From an uncultured Pseudomonadota bacterium (GTDB lineage Bacteria; Vulcanimicrobiota; Vulcanimicrobiia; Eremiobacterales; Eremiobacteraceae): DNA of 64,000 bases. A model generated the notes under the pieces. It did not search any database. It was not told the DNA's origin and worked only from the letters and a program-made list of their open reading frames with translations. Position numbers and translations under genes: made by a program. The number at the start of each line of letters is the position of its first letter. Within the stretch, counting starts at the first letter, position 1. The stretch covers positions 1,184,001-1,248,000 of the forward strand of contig CAVTNB010000001.1 in NCBI GenBank assembly GCA_963736005.1, read 5' to 3'. Positions 1 through 9,672 of this stretch are shown here, one piece after another.

Positions 1-1379
1 CCCTCTTACAATAGCAGTCATCCGCTAGGCAACGGCAATTGCCCGTTCAATGCCACCTTCAACATTACGAATCAGGAAACCAGGCCGCAAGTGCTCGAAC
101 CGCGCGTCGGCCTGTCCTACGAGATTTCGCCGACCTCGGCCGTGCGCGTCACGTACGACCGCGGCGTCGCGTTCGTCCCGATCGCTTCGGTCGGTTTTGG
201 CCAGGTCGACCCCGGCTATTACATCAACACACCCTACGGCGGCTTACCAGCAGTCAATCTCTTAACCGGTGGCGGCACCAACTGCGGACTTGCACCTGCG
301 TATACTGTGCCGTGCAAGACTTTCGGTGAACAACTCTACTGGGCGTCTCAGAACTTTGATGGCGTTCCGTTTCAGCCGGCCCTTCCAATGACCGCTGACA
401 ACTACCAAATCAACTTCCAGACTCAGTTTACACGCGGCTTTCTCAACGGCGTTGGGTTGAGTATCGCTCCGTGGCACCGCTTCCAGCACAACACGACCGC
501 GAATGAAGCTTCGCCGATCATTGGAGCCAACGGACTGCCCCTGGTCGTCAATGGGGCAATTCAGTTCCTCCCGCCGGTTCTTACCAATCAGGGTAAGGAG
601 TTCGCCACCGGCGTGGACCTGAACATCACTCGCGCGAGTGAGTTTGGGCTCAGCGGTCAGCTCACGGCCTCGTACATCAACGAGTTCTCTAGCGTCGTAC
701 CCACCAGCACTTCGGAGGACTTCTATCCCAACATACTCCCCGCGTCGCTGCTCGCTAATAACATCTATCGCGTTGGTTTCGTCTCGCCGTTTCAAGCGAC
801 GCTTGGGATCACATATAAACGCGCAACGGTTGGCGCATCAATCCGCGTTACTCGTACAACGACGGTTATCCGACCGGTCTTGGCTCGCTGGCGGCCGCGA
901 TCGTGAATGGCACGGCGCTAAACCTGCCCAACACGAACGCCCTGATCGGCAGCGCGCCCAACGGTCCTGCGTGTTTCGTCGACCCGGAGAATCCCGGATC
1001 GATTCTCAATCCGAACATCGCTGCGTGCCGCGGCAATGCCGAGGTCTCGTCAGCGGGAGGAGAACTCACACCCCCCAACGGGTTTGCCTCAATTACCGTC
1101 GAGTACAATGCACCTCACTCGCCGATCACGTATGGTGTCAACGTGGACAATGTCTTCAACAAAACCTTCAACGGACCGTCGTTCAACGCTCGCTATCAAC
1201 CGATCGCGACCGGCGTCACGGGACCCTTGACCGGTTTCTCGACGGATCCAACCAACTACACGAACTATCCCTCGGCATGGCCGCAGTACGCAAACTCCAT
1301 TGGGGGTAGGCAAACCTACATTAATATCCCATCGAATCCGGGAACCGCATTCTATTTCTACGTCCAGGCGAGGACCTGA
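1..1379 (+). CDS. TonB-dependent outer-membrane receptor, C-terminal part (5' truncated by window; frameshift near 819)
   Basis: Frame open from base 1. Beta-barrel-like motifs EPRVGLSYEISPTSAVRVTY, YGVNVDNVFN and an aromatic C-terminus AFYFYVQART. ORFs 91-906 and 903-1379 join if one A is added in the A-run near 819 (..YKTRNGWRINPRYSYNDGYP..). Confidence 0.8.
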
Positions 1380-1380
1380 A

Positions 1381-2580
1381 ATGCACAAGATAACAAAACT
1401 CTATCGAACATTCGGTCTCGCGCTCGCGGTGGCGTTGTTGGTGGCCTGTGCAACCAACGGCGTCGCAAAAATCCCCAACACGACTCAGGCGAACCTGGCA
1501 GCCAATAAGGTGCAGTTCACCGTGGGTACCGCGAGAATCGGGCAGGACGGCGTGGTTGGGGTGAACTTCGTGGCGACGTTGCGCCAGCCTAACGGCCTGA
1601 CGGGCGTACTGGCGAGCAGTCCAAAGATCACCGGTCCGGCGGGTTTCGTGGTTCCGGCTGGCGCGACCGGTGCGTACGCTACCGCCGGTGCGGACCTCGA
1701 CGCGGGCACCAACCACGTCAGCAGCTCACCCCAGGTTCCCCTCAACAACTCCGGGCTCGTCAATACCACGTTCGGCACATTTACCGGTGTTTACGCGTAT
1801 GGTCTAGGGCCATTCAACTCTGACCAAAGCACGGTTAACGGCGGGTATTACCCTGGTCAGCCGCAACTCTACGTCCGGGAATGGATACTCCTCGTCGAAT
1901 TACAATGGCACGTCGATGGTCGGTCTCGCGATCCATGGCGGAGATGCGATCCAGCCGCTGCCGTTCTTTTCGGCGGATCCGATGGTGTATATCACGGGTC
2001 CGCCCGCCGTGCCGTTCTTCAACGATGGAACATTCCCAGTGAACTTGCAGGATACTCACCCGGCTTTACGCCGGTGGAAATCCCGCCGGTTGCTGGATCG
2101 TACACGATGAGCGTGCTTGTAGCAGCGCAAAATGCGGCTCCGTTCACCTACACGCAGACCGCGACGCTCACCTCGACGACCCCCTTGGGGGTGGTGGCGG
2201 CGCCGACGTTCGTCGGTGACGGAGCCGGCGGTGGGAGTGGCACGGTGGTTGTTCCAGCCGGTGTCACGGAGACAATGGTCTACATCGTCGATGCAAATGC
2301 TGGCCTGTTCTACACCATTGGGCCGATCAGCGGCATCGGCGCGCAGCCATATGCATTGCCTGACCATCTCGGCCGGTGCGTCGGCGGCGGATGCCAAAAC
2401 GGTGCTGGTGCGTCCCCTTCAATCGCTACCGGGGACACCTACTTCGTCTCGGCCGTCGGATACGACTATCCGGCATTCCAAGCCGGCCCTCCAGGTAACA
2501 GGCAGCAAACGCCTGCGATTACTGGAGCGAGCGGGCAAGCGGATATCACAATGTCGCCAGTGGTGCAAGGAACCTATTAG
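1381..2580 (+). CDS. Lipoprotein of unknown function (probable compensating frameshifts ~1863 and ~2047)
   Basis: ATG 1 nt after the receptor stop. Lipobox LLVAC. Gly/Ala/Thr-rich beta-type sequence; paralogous to 2988-3818. Confidence 0.75.
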   Translation: MHKITKLYRTFGLALAVALLVACATNGVAKIPNTTQANLAANKVQFTVGTARIGQDGVVGVNFVATLRQPNGLTGVLASSPKITGPAGFVVPAGATGAYATAGADLDAGTNHVSSSPQVPLNNSGLVNTTFGTFTGVYAYGLGPFNSDQSTVNGGYYPGQPQLYVREWILLVELQWHVDGRSRDPWRRCDPAAAVLFGGSDGVYHGSARRAVLQRWNIPSELAGYSPGFTPVEIPPVAGSYTMSVLVAAQNAAPFTYTQTATLTSTTPLGVVAAPTFVGDGAGGGSGTVVVPAGVTETMVYIVDANAGLFYTIGPISGIGAQPYALPDHLGRCVGGGCQNGAGASPSIATGDTYFVSAVGYDYPAFQAGPPGNRQQTPAITGASGQADITMSPVVQGTY

Positions 2581-2602
2581 TAGAAGCCACTGCTTCGCGA
2601 CG

Positions 2603-2631
2603 AAAGGGTGCAACTTAGACTTGCCCCTTTT
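2603..2631 (+). terminator. Probable intrinsic terminator
   Basis: Imperfect hairpin AAAGGGTGCAA..TTGCCCCTTTT after the lipoprotein stop. Confidence 0.45.
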
Positions 2632-2987
2632 GTGGCTCGTCCGGGGCAATAGCACGACTTCGAACTAAAGCCGACGCTCAGAGAATTCCACCCATTCCTG
2701 CTAAGCCGGGAGTGCTTTTTACCCAATGATCTACCACACAGATTCCTCTGGCATCTCTCACGGCTGTACAAAAAAGCAGGGCCATTGAAATGAGGCATCT
2801 GCCGCTACAAGGGTTGTGGGCTTGTGCGATTATTTTGATATTCGACGCAAACCTACTTAATAAAGGTCTCGCTCGATTTCAATACGGTATTAGGCCACCG
2901 AATATCTCCAACAGCTAAAGGAACAGGGCCGAAGTCTATCTCAACGGGAAGTTCTAAAAGATGAACAACAGAAAGGACCGACTCTCG

Positions 2988-3818
2988 ATGCACAAGCTAC
3001 GCGTTGCACTGCTAGTCGCACTCTGCGCTGGAGCTGTGGCCGGCTGCAATACGGACACAAGCCCTGGGAATATTGTAGCCGGAAAAGTTGCCATGCAGCT
3101 CGCGGTCGGAACGCTGAACGATAGCGCTGGGACTCTGACCGGAGCAGCCAATACATATCTAAATGCGGTGGCGACATTCCGTGGTCAGTTCGGGGCGTCG
3201 GCGTTTCTGAATACCGGCAACGCGACGCTCACCGGTCCAGGCGGAACCATCGCCTCAATGCTAGGCATCTTCAGTTACGGGCAAGCACCTGGCACGAATG
3301 GCGTTGGCGGGTTCCCGCCCGCGTACACGCCAGCCAGCGCAAATGGTGCAGGCTACGCTACTGGCTTCATCTTGACTGGTGCCCCACCAACCGCCGGCAG
3401 CTACGGAATCAAAACGGTGGTTTCAGCCAACGGACAAAACCAAACCTATGGGGCGGGCGCAACTCTTCCGGCGACGCCGACCGTTCTCGGCAACGAAGCG
3501 GCGCCATCCTACGCCTCTGGAGGAGCTACCGGGGGCGGGACCTTTACGGTCTCGGTCCCGGCGGGAGTCACCGAAACGCTCGTCGTTGTTCTCCAAGGTA
3601 CCTCGGAGGTTGCGACGGCAAAGACCACAGGCACGACTGCGACGCTCCCCAGTAATACGCTCGTCCCGGGCACTTCTTACACGGCCTTTGCTATCGGCGC
3701 AGACTACCCGCTCGTCGAGGCAGGGCCTCCCGCAAACACTTCCATGACGCCGAAGCTCACCGGCGCAGGTGGTACCTCGGACCTAACCGCGTCGTCAGCT
3801 GCCGGCTTTACGCAGTAG
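2988..3818 (+). CDS. Lipoprotein of unknown function, paralog of 1381-2580
   Basis: Lipobox AVAGC. Shared motifs QLAVGT, N(A/F)VAT(F/L)R, VPAGVTET and (A/Y)DYP..(E/Q)AGPP. Alternative ATG at 2961. Confidence 0.8.
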   Translation: MHKLRVALLVALCAGAVAGCNTDTSPGNIVAGKVAMQLAVGTLNDSAGTLTGAANTYLNAVATFRGQFGASAFLNTGNATLTGPGGTIASMLGIFSYGQAPGTNGVGGFPPAYTPASANGAGYATGFILTGAPPTAGSYGIKTVVSANGQNQTYGAGATLPATPTVLGNEAAPSYASGGATGGGTFTVSVPAGVTETLVVVLQGTSEVATAKTTGTTATLPSNTLVPGTSYTAFAIGADYPLVEAGPPANTSMTPKLTGAGGTSDLTASSAAGFTQ

Positions 3819-3846
3819 AAGCAAGGAACTCGCTCGGTAATGCGAT

Positions 3847-3876
3847 AGGGTGGCTGCAAAGCCACCCTTCTTCTTT
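3847..3876 (+). terminator. Intrinsic terminator
   Basis: AGGGTGGCT-GCAA-AGCCACCCT followed by TCTTCTTT. Confidence 0.7.
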
Positions 3877-3890
3877 AGAGGAACGGCTCG

Positions 3891-4970
3891 ATGAGCACGG
3901 ACGACAAGGTTACCCGATCTTTGAAGATCCTCGCGATCGTCGTTGTCTCGCTCCTGCTGGCGACGGCCCTCATTGCTTTCTTGCACCGGGTCATCGCGGT
4001 TGTTATCGTTCTCGTTGGTGCCGTCTTTTTTGCCTATCTGGTCTACCCGCTCGTGCGCCGTTTCAGCCGGCGCCTACCCCGTTGGCTCGCCATCGTTTGT
4101 GTCTATTTCATCTTCGCCGCTGGGCTCGCGTTGCTCGCCCTCTTTATCGGACCCAGAATATCCTGGGAGGCCCGCGCCTTTGCGACTGACTTTCCTCGAC
4201 TCATGCAGGTTGCGCAAAACGACATCCTCAACGCGAACATTGCCATTATCAGCGCCGTTCCGCTTCAAGCTCGCGAGAGCGCAATCACGCTCTTCGACAA
4301 TGCTGCTGCCGCCTTACAACACAATGCGGTCACGTATGTGGGTCAGGCTCTTGGGATTCTCCTCAGCGTGGCATCAATCGTGACGGCGTTCATCATCATT
4401 CCAATCCTAACGTTCTACATTCTCATGGATTTGGAGCGCCTGCACGCCGGGCTGATGCGCATCATCCCAGCTCGGTACCACGACCCGGCAAACTTCGTAC
4501 TTCAAGACATCGACGGCGTGCTTGGGGGCTTTATCCGCGGACAGATTATTGTCGGTGCGGTCGTGGCTGTCTTGATCACAATCCTACTCCTCGTATTGCA
4601 CATCAGATATGCGTTCCTCATTGGACTCTTCGCGGGCATCGTCGATATCATCCCGTACCTTGGCGCTGTTGCGGGCGCAATTCCGGCAATTATCATCGCG
4701 ATGTTTACCCACGGATTTGCGTGGGCACTTTTGGTCGCTGCTGGTTTCGTCGGCGTCTATCAGCTCGAAGGCCATATCATTGCCCCCACCGTCATTGGAC
4801 AGCGAGTGGGGCTGACACCGCTCATGGTTATCCTCGCGATTTTGGCAGGCGCCGAACTCGGGGGAATTCTGGGCATGTTTATTGCGGTGCCACTGGCAGG
4901 CATCATCAAGGCGTTGGTGACCAGATTCTTGGCCGCCCCGCCTGACGAACGCGAGAAAAAAGCTAGTTAA
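3891..4970 (+). CDS. AI-2E family transporter (PerM/TqsA-like)
   Basis: Multiple TM helices; motifs FYILMD, GFIRGQ, IPYLG, QLEGHIIAP, LGMFIAVPL. Confidence 0.9.
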   Translation: MSTDDKVTRSLKILAIVVVSLLLATALIAFLHRVIAVVIVLVGAVFFAYLVYPLVRRFSRRLPRWLAIVCVYFIFAAGLALLALFIGPRISWEARAFATDFPRLMQVAQNDILNANIAIISAVPLQARESAITLFDNAAAALQHNAVTYVGQALGILLSVASIVTAFIIIPILTFYILMDLERLHAGLMRIIPARYHDPANFVLQDIDGVLGGFIRGQIIVGAVVAVLITILLLVLHIRYAFLIGLFAGIVDIIPYLGAVAGAIPAIIIAMFTHGFAWALLVAAGFVGVYQLEGHIIAPTVIGQRVGLTPLMVILAILAGAELGGILGMFIAVPLAGIIKALVTRFLAAPPDEREKKAS

Positions 4971-4973
4971 AGG

Positions 4974-5453
4974 TCAGATGGCAGATGCGAGCGGCAGCGT
5001 GGTGTTGTAAATCGTTGCCGCCAGCGTTTCTGTTTGCGTTCGCAATTGCTCGAGTCTACTCGAATGAGCGGCGACGATCTTCGCGCGCCGGAACTCGTTG
5101 AGCTTGCATCCCAAGATGACGTAGGGGAGAGAAAGTTCTTTCGGTGGTTCTACTCGTCGTTCGAGCTCTTCAACGAGCGTATCGTCATCCACCACGATGA
5201 GGACGCGATCCACGCGCAGCGAGCGCAGTCTATCGATGGCAGTCGTTAGACCTGTGTAGGCGTACTCGCGGTGAGATGCGTCCTCGGCTTCGATGGTAAA
5301 TGGCAAGAAATACTCGCCTGAGGGAACGCCAGGCTCGGCAACCACCTTGATCCCCACGAGGCCCCGTCTGGGCCCGCAAGGGACCACCGTGACCAGGGCT
5401 TGGGTTTCGGCCTTGCGCGTGTGTTGCGCGGGCTTTGCAGGGCTTGTAATCAC
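4974..5453 (-). CDS. Degenerate RNase HI-like fold protein (probably inactive), SOS-regulated candidate
   Basis: EYAYTGLTTAIDRLRSLRVDRVLIVVDDDTLVEEL resembles the RNase HI pattern 'AEY.AL..GL..A..LG...V.V..DS.LVV.Q'. The N-terminal DG motif is absent. Confidence 0.55.
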   Translation of the reverse strand: MITSPAKPAQHTRKAETQALVTVVPCGPRRGLVGIKVVAEPGVPSGEYFLPFTIEAEDASHREYAYTGLTTAIDRLRSLRVDRVLIVVDDDTLVEELERRVEPPKELSLPYVILGCKLNEFRRAKIVAAHSSRLEQLRTQTETLAATIYNTTLPLASAI

Positions 5454-5459
5454 GATTCT

Positions 5460-5488
5460 ATTGTATCGAACGTATGTTCGAGTGTCAA
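5460..5488 (-). promoter_or_regulatory. sigma70 promoter with LexA (SOS) box in the spacer
   Basis: Minus strand reads TTGACA (5488-5483), 17 nt, TACAAT (5465-5460). The spacer contains TCGAAC-N4-GTTCGA (5466-5481). Confidence 0.85.
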
Positions 5489-5502
5489 GGCGACCCGAGG
5501 CG

Positions 5503-5529
5503 GAGCGGACCTAAAGGTCCGCTGCTACA
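5503..5529 (-). repeat. REP family A copy (GTAG-type)
   Basis: GAGCGGACC-TAAA-GGTCCGCT-GCTACA, identical to 11196-11222. Confidence 0.85.
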
Positions 5530-5546
5530 GCTCTTCCCTTACCCTA

Positions 5547-6758
5547 CTACAGGTCTGACGCTACAAAGAGATCCGCTAAGGCGTCCTGCCCTGCGGTCGA
5601 CCAGCTGCGGGCTGTCGAAAGCACTGCTTCGTAAATGGCCAGAACGCGGCCGGCGGTGGCTCTTGCGTCAAAGGTGGCAGCCGCCGTTTTTGCATGCGTC
5701 ACGGCCATTGCACGACGCTCTGGATTTGAAATAAGCTCGAAGGCGGCGTCCGCCATCGACGCTGCGTCATGCACGATCTCGCCGGCCAAGTGCTCGCCAA
5801 ACACGTCGCGCGTTTGCGGGTTGTCGAGGGCGACCACTGGCACGCCCGACGCAAATGCTTCTGCGAGCACGAGACCTTGCGTTTCCGTGACCGATGGAAA
5901 GACAAAGACATCTGCGGCGGCATAGAACAGCGGAATTTCTCCGTGCTCAACCGAGCCCACGAAATGCACAGCCTCCGTCAGGTTGGCGGCCCTTACTTGC
6001 TCTTTGAGTTGGTGAAGCATTGGGCCGCTGCCCACCAACAGCAATCGAGCCTCAGGAAGACGTTGACGCAGCCGACCCAGTGCCTCGATCGCCAGGGGCA
6101 CATTCTTCTCAGACGCGAGGCGGGAGACGAGCAGCAGCAGTGGCGCCTGCCGGGCTATGCCTAACTTGTCCCGCATGGCATTACCATCATCACGGTCAAA
6201 ACGCCGAAAAACCTCGATGTCGACCCCTGTCGGCACCACACAGATCGGGGCGGTCACGCCTTGCTTGCGCAGCTCGCCTGCGACTGCCTTGGTGGGCACG
6301 ATCACCGCGTCCGCCGCGTTTGCGTAGGTCTTGGTGAGCTCGCGCGTTAGCTGCGATGTGATTCTCTGACCGAGCGGCGAATAGTGCGCGTAACTATCGA
6401 GCAAAGTGTGATACGTGTAGACGAGCGGCACGCGAAATCTGCGCCGTGCGTAATACGAAGCCATCCATCCGGTGATGAAGAGCGAATGACTGTGGATGAT
6501 ATCGCAGCGACTAAGAAATCGTCTTTTATTTCGACGTGCAACGAGTGGGAGCGTTAAACGATATTGCGTGCGCGCTGGGAGTGGGAGCGATGGCATGCGA
6601 AAGACACGGCCCGCACTTTCCGCTCCTTTTGGAATGTGTGGCGCAAACGTGAACACATCGTGTCCGAGCGTGCGCAATTGTTCCGCCAACGAATCGACGG
6701 ATGTCACAACACCGTTGACGATGGGCCGATACACTTCCGTGAATATGGCGATCTTCAT
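5547..6758 (-). CDS. GT4 glycosyltransferase (diacylglycerol glucosyltransferase-like)
   Basis: MKIAIFTEVYRPIVNGVVTS, YTYHT, SRLASEKN, ETQGLVLAEAFASG. Confidence 0.9.
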   Translation of the reverse strand: MKIAIFTEVYRPIVNGVVTSVDSLAEQLRTLGHDVFTFAPHIPKGAESAGRVFRMPSLPLPARTQYRLTLPLVARRNKRRFLSRCDIIHSHSLFITGWMASYYARRRFRVPLVYTYHTLLDSYAHYSPLGQRITSQLTRELTKTYANAADAVIVPTKAVAGELRKQGVTAPICVVPTGVDIEVFRRFDRDDGNAMRDKLGIARQAPLLLLVSRLASEKNVPLAIEALGRLRQRLPEARLLLVGSGPMLHQLKEQVRAANLTEAVHFVGSVEHGEIPLFYAAADVFVFPSVTETQGLVLAEAFASGVPVVALDNPQTRDVFGEHLAGEIVHDAASMADAAFELISNPERRAMAVTHAKTAAATFDARATAGRVLAIYEAVLSTARSWSTAGQDALADLFVASDL

Positions 6759-6885
6759 AACGTCTCTTTATTTAGTATTCGGAAGAACGCGACCCAAAAC
6801 CGTTCTCAACTCGGAACTGTGAACCATTCATCGGTACACATAGTCCCGCTGTGAGCATCTGCGGCACGAATTTGTCGCACGTGGT

Positions 6886-6914
6886 TTGACCCTCACATGC
6901 ACACATGGTATAAT
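6886..6914 (+). promoter_or_regulatory. Strong sigma70 promoter (extended -10)
   Basis: TTGACC, 17 nt ending TGG, TATAAT, upstream of the 3D-domain/ksgA operon. Confidence 0.75.
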
Positions 6915-7117
6915 CTGCGAGGCTCTTAGCCTTTCGAATTTTTTTACGCGCGAATGATTTCGCGCGATAACAAATCTCCCGATTCATACCGCGCACTTCT
7001 TTTCGCGCGTTCTCGCTCCGCCAAGAATCGTCACAGTCCCAACGACTCTGCCATCACGGATGACGTCTTGACCACGTGGAGAAAACTTGAAGGAACACAC
7101 CAATCACTAGTCGGCCA

Positions 7118-7957
7118 TTGCTTTCCCTCATCACGTTTGCGGCTGCCGGGCTGATCTTGTTCGGCGTCAAGAGCGAGCCATCCGCCGCACGGCCGCTCCT
7201 TGGTACGCGACTCGACTCCTATCGGGCAGCGCTCATCAGTGATTCTTTGCTCTTGACGAAGCTCGTGCACAACCGCTTTGCCCCAAGCGACGGACGCCCG
7301 CAATCGTCGATTACGTTCACCAATCCCCGCTTGCTCGTCACGATGCCAAAAAGCGACGAGCTACCGCTGGCGAACGTTGAAGGCCTTTCGATTCGGACCG
7401 AATTTCGTACGCGTCGAAGCGTTCTGTTCGCGGCACCGCTCTTACGCTTCGCCGCCGACCTGCATCCCGGCACGAAGAAGATTCTGCGCGCCGGCACGCC
7501 GACAGTCGTCGCCATCACCGAACGCGTCACGCTCTGGAATACGGTTATCGTCGACCGCCAGATCGTGAACCACACCACACTCCAGCATGCCAGGCCCGCC
7601 GTGATCCTTGCGGCGCCGCCGCGCACTGTGGCGGAAGCGATGGCAATGACAGGATCGCACAAGCTTCTCGCGGTCTACTCGATGGTTGCCACCGCATATA
7701 CGGCCGATTCTGCGCAAGCGTATCCGACTGGCCGCACCGCAACTGGATTACCTGCCCATTACGGTGTGGTGGCGGTCGATCCGCGAATTATTCCCCTCGG
7801 CGCGCATCTCTTCATCGAAGGATACGGAGCAGCGATCGCCGCCGACACCGGCGGTGCGATCATCGGCAACCGAATCGACCTGTGCATGGATTCGTACCAG
7901 CGTGCCATCAGTTGGGGCCGCCAACCCGTCAGAGTGTACGTCCTCAGGAATAAATAG
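7118..7957 (+). CDS. 3D-domain (YabE/MltA-like) cell-wall lytic protein with G5-like region
   Basis: N-terminal hydrophobic anchor. C-terminal ATAY..TATG..VAVDPRIIPLG..AADTGGAIIGNRIDL. Start uncertain. Confidence 0.85.
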   Translation: MLSLITFAAAGLILFGVKSEPSAARPLLGTRLDSYRAALISDSLLLTKLVHNRFAPSDGRPQSSITFTNPRLLVTMPKSDELPLANVEGLSIRTEFRTRRSVLFAAPLLRFAADLHPGTKKILRAGTPTVVAITERVTLWNTVIVDRQIVNHTTLQHARPAVILAAPPRTVAEAMAMTGSHKLLAVYSMVATAYTADSAQAYPTGRTATGLPAHYGVVAVDPRIIPLGAHLFIEGYGAAIAADTGGAIIGNRIDLCMDSYQRAISWGRQPVRVYVLRNK

Positions 7958-7978
7958 GCAGTCGTCGAACACCGCCTC

Positions 7979-8872
7979 ATGGCAGCGGTGCGCGATGATT
8001 TTCCATCACCAAAACAACTGCTCCAAGCGCGGCACTTGCGGCCGCGTAAACGTTTTGGGCAAAACTTTCTCACTGATCCTCGCGTCGCTGAACGCATCGC
8101 GCGTTCGCTGCCGCCCCGCGCTTACGTCCTGGAAATAGGCGGCGGCACGGGCACGCTCACTGCCGCGCTCCTCGAACACACTGCAAATGTCACGACCCTT
8201 GAAATCGATCGTGACCTTGCCGCGATCTTGGAAGAACGCTTTGCCCCACTCGGCGGGCGCCTGCGCATTGTCGCGGGTGACGTCCTCGAATTCGACCTCC
8301 GGGGAGATCTGGCCGGGCAGTTGGCGCCCCGAGCGATCTGCGGCAATCTTCCTTACTACATCACCACGCCCATCATTGAACGGATCTTTGAGGCGGGCGA
8401 TCTGTGGGAATGCGCGATCCTCATGGTGCAACACGAATACGCCCGACGCATGGTCGCTGCCCCAGGAAGCGAACATTACGGGAGCCTCACGGTGTTTGCG
8501 AGCTACTTCGCGCAGGTCGAGAAACTTTTCGACGTCGGCTCGGCCGGGTTTTATCCTCCTCCCGATGTCGCCTCGACCGTTGTCCGACTCACGCCCCGAT
8601 CCGATCGCCACAAGCTCGTCCGCAACGAGCGTTTGCTCCTGTGGCTTATTCGAGCAGCCTTCTCTCACCGGCGCAAGACCTTCGTGAACAGCGTGCTCGC
8701 AAGCATGCGAGGCGGAAACGCGAGTGTTCGAAAGGAATTGGAATCGGCGTTGCGAGCAAGGGGCCTGGATTTTGTCATTCGCGGGGAGCGCCTGACGTTG
8801 GCGGATTTTTGTGAACTTGCCGATACTCTAGCCCAGGGGCCGATACGGGAGCATCAGTGGACGATACACTAG
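7979..8872 (+). CDS. rsmA: 16S rRNA m6,2A dimethyltransferase
   Basis: RKRFGQNFL, LEIGGGTG, GNLPYYITTP, AAFSHRRK. Confidence 0.97.
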   Translation: MAAVRDDFPSPKQLLQARHLRPRKRFGQNFLTDPRVAERIARSLPPRAYVLEIGGGTGTLTAALLEHTANVTTLEIDRDLAAILEERFAPLGGRLRIVAGDVLEFDLRGDLAGQLAPRAICGNLPYYITTPIIERIFEAGDLWECAILMVQHEYARRMVAAPGSEHYGSLTVFASYFAQVEKLFDVGSAGFYPPPDVASTVVRLTPRSDRHKLVRNERLLLWLIRAAFSHRRKTFVNSVLASMRGGNASVRKELESALRARGLDFVIRGERLTLADFCELADTLAQGPIREHQWTIH

Positions 8873-9672
8873 ATCACTCAACCTCGCCGGCAGCGGCATC
8901 GCCAACGCCGGCTTTTTTAAGCCCACGCTGGAACGGCTGGATACTGCTCCTCATAAGCCTTGCGGGCATTGTGGCGTTCATCGTGACCCAAACCGTCGTG
9001 TTTGCTACCATTTTTTTCAAGGCGCATCCCGAAGCGCTACGGCTGGGGATGCCTGCCGGTGCGCTTAGTCAATCAGCCATGGTCGATCTGCTCAGCGCGA
9101 AGAATCTCTGGTACATCTCCGTCAGCTCCGAAGTGGTTCTGGCGGTTGTGACTCTGTTTCTCGCAAGAGTCGCGCTGGGCGCCACCGCGGAGCGGCTTGG
9201 TCTTGGGAAGCTGCCGGCCGTGCGGTGGATAGCATTCGGCTTTGCCGTAGGGGTCATTTTGGTCTTCGCGAGTGGTTTGGTTGAAAAGTTACAGGAATTG
9301 GTGTTCGGACCCCAACCGGCACAGTTTCAAGCCTTGGTTCTCGTAAAACATCGCGGCGCTTGGGCATTTTTTCTCGACCTCATGTCCGTGTCGATCGCCG
9401 CGCCGTTTGCCGAAGAGACCTTCTTTCGCGGTCTTCTTTTTACGGGGCTATCGCAGCGCCTCCCCGTTGTGTTTGCCGCCATCATCAGCGCGGCAGCATT
9501 CGGGCTTGCGCACTTCGAGAAGTTCTCTGTGTTGCCGATCTTTGTTATTGGCTTAGGGCTGGCGTACGTGTACTACACCACCAAATCGTTATGGGCGAGC
9601 ATGGTTGCCCATGCAACGGTCAACACCATTTCGCTTGTTGTCGCGTACGTATTTCCCCAACTAGTGAAGTAA
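8857..9672 (+). CDS. CPBP (CAAX/Abi) family intramembrane metalloprotease
   Basis: APFAEETFFRG, FGLAH, SMVAHATVN. Confidence 0.92.
   Translation: MDDTLDHSTSPAAASPTPAFLSPRWNGWILLLISLAGIVAFIVTQTVVFATIFFKAHPEALRLGMPAGALSQSAMVDLLSAKNLWYISVSSEVVLAVVTLFLARVALGATAERLGLGKLPAVRWIAFGFAVGVILVFASGLVEKLQELVFGPQPAQFQALVLVKHRGAWAFFLDLMSVSIAAPFAEETFFRGLLFTGLSQRLPVVFAAIISAAAFGLAHFEKFSVLPIFVIGLGLAYVYYTTKSLWASMVAHATVNTISLVVAYVFPQLVK

Noticed and set aside
2765..2780. TGTACAAAAAAGCAGG, matching part of the Gateway attB1 sequence
   Set aside because: The match is partial, with no partner att site, vector sequence or integrase; treated as coincidence.
2632..2960. Riboswitch (e.g. c-di-GMP-I) in the long intergenic region
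   Set aside because: GCAAACC is present, but the GNRA loop, receptor and second stem could not be built. An Rfam scan would settle it.
5547..5566. GT4 C-terminus VASDL* as a decayed REP A (which would encode VAADL*)
   Set aside because: The similarity is short and the second stem arm is missing, so it cannot be distinguished from chance.
6921..7117. c-di-AMP (ydaO) riboswitch before the 3D-domain gene
   Set aside because: The conserved GCTGAATCC/GGGGGA-type motifs are absent.
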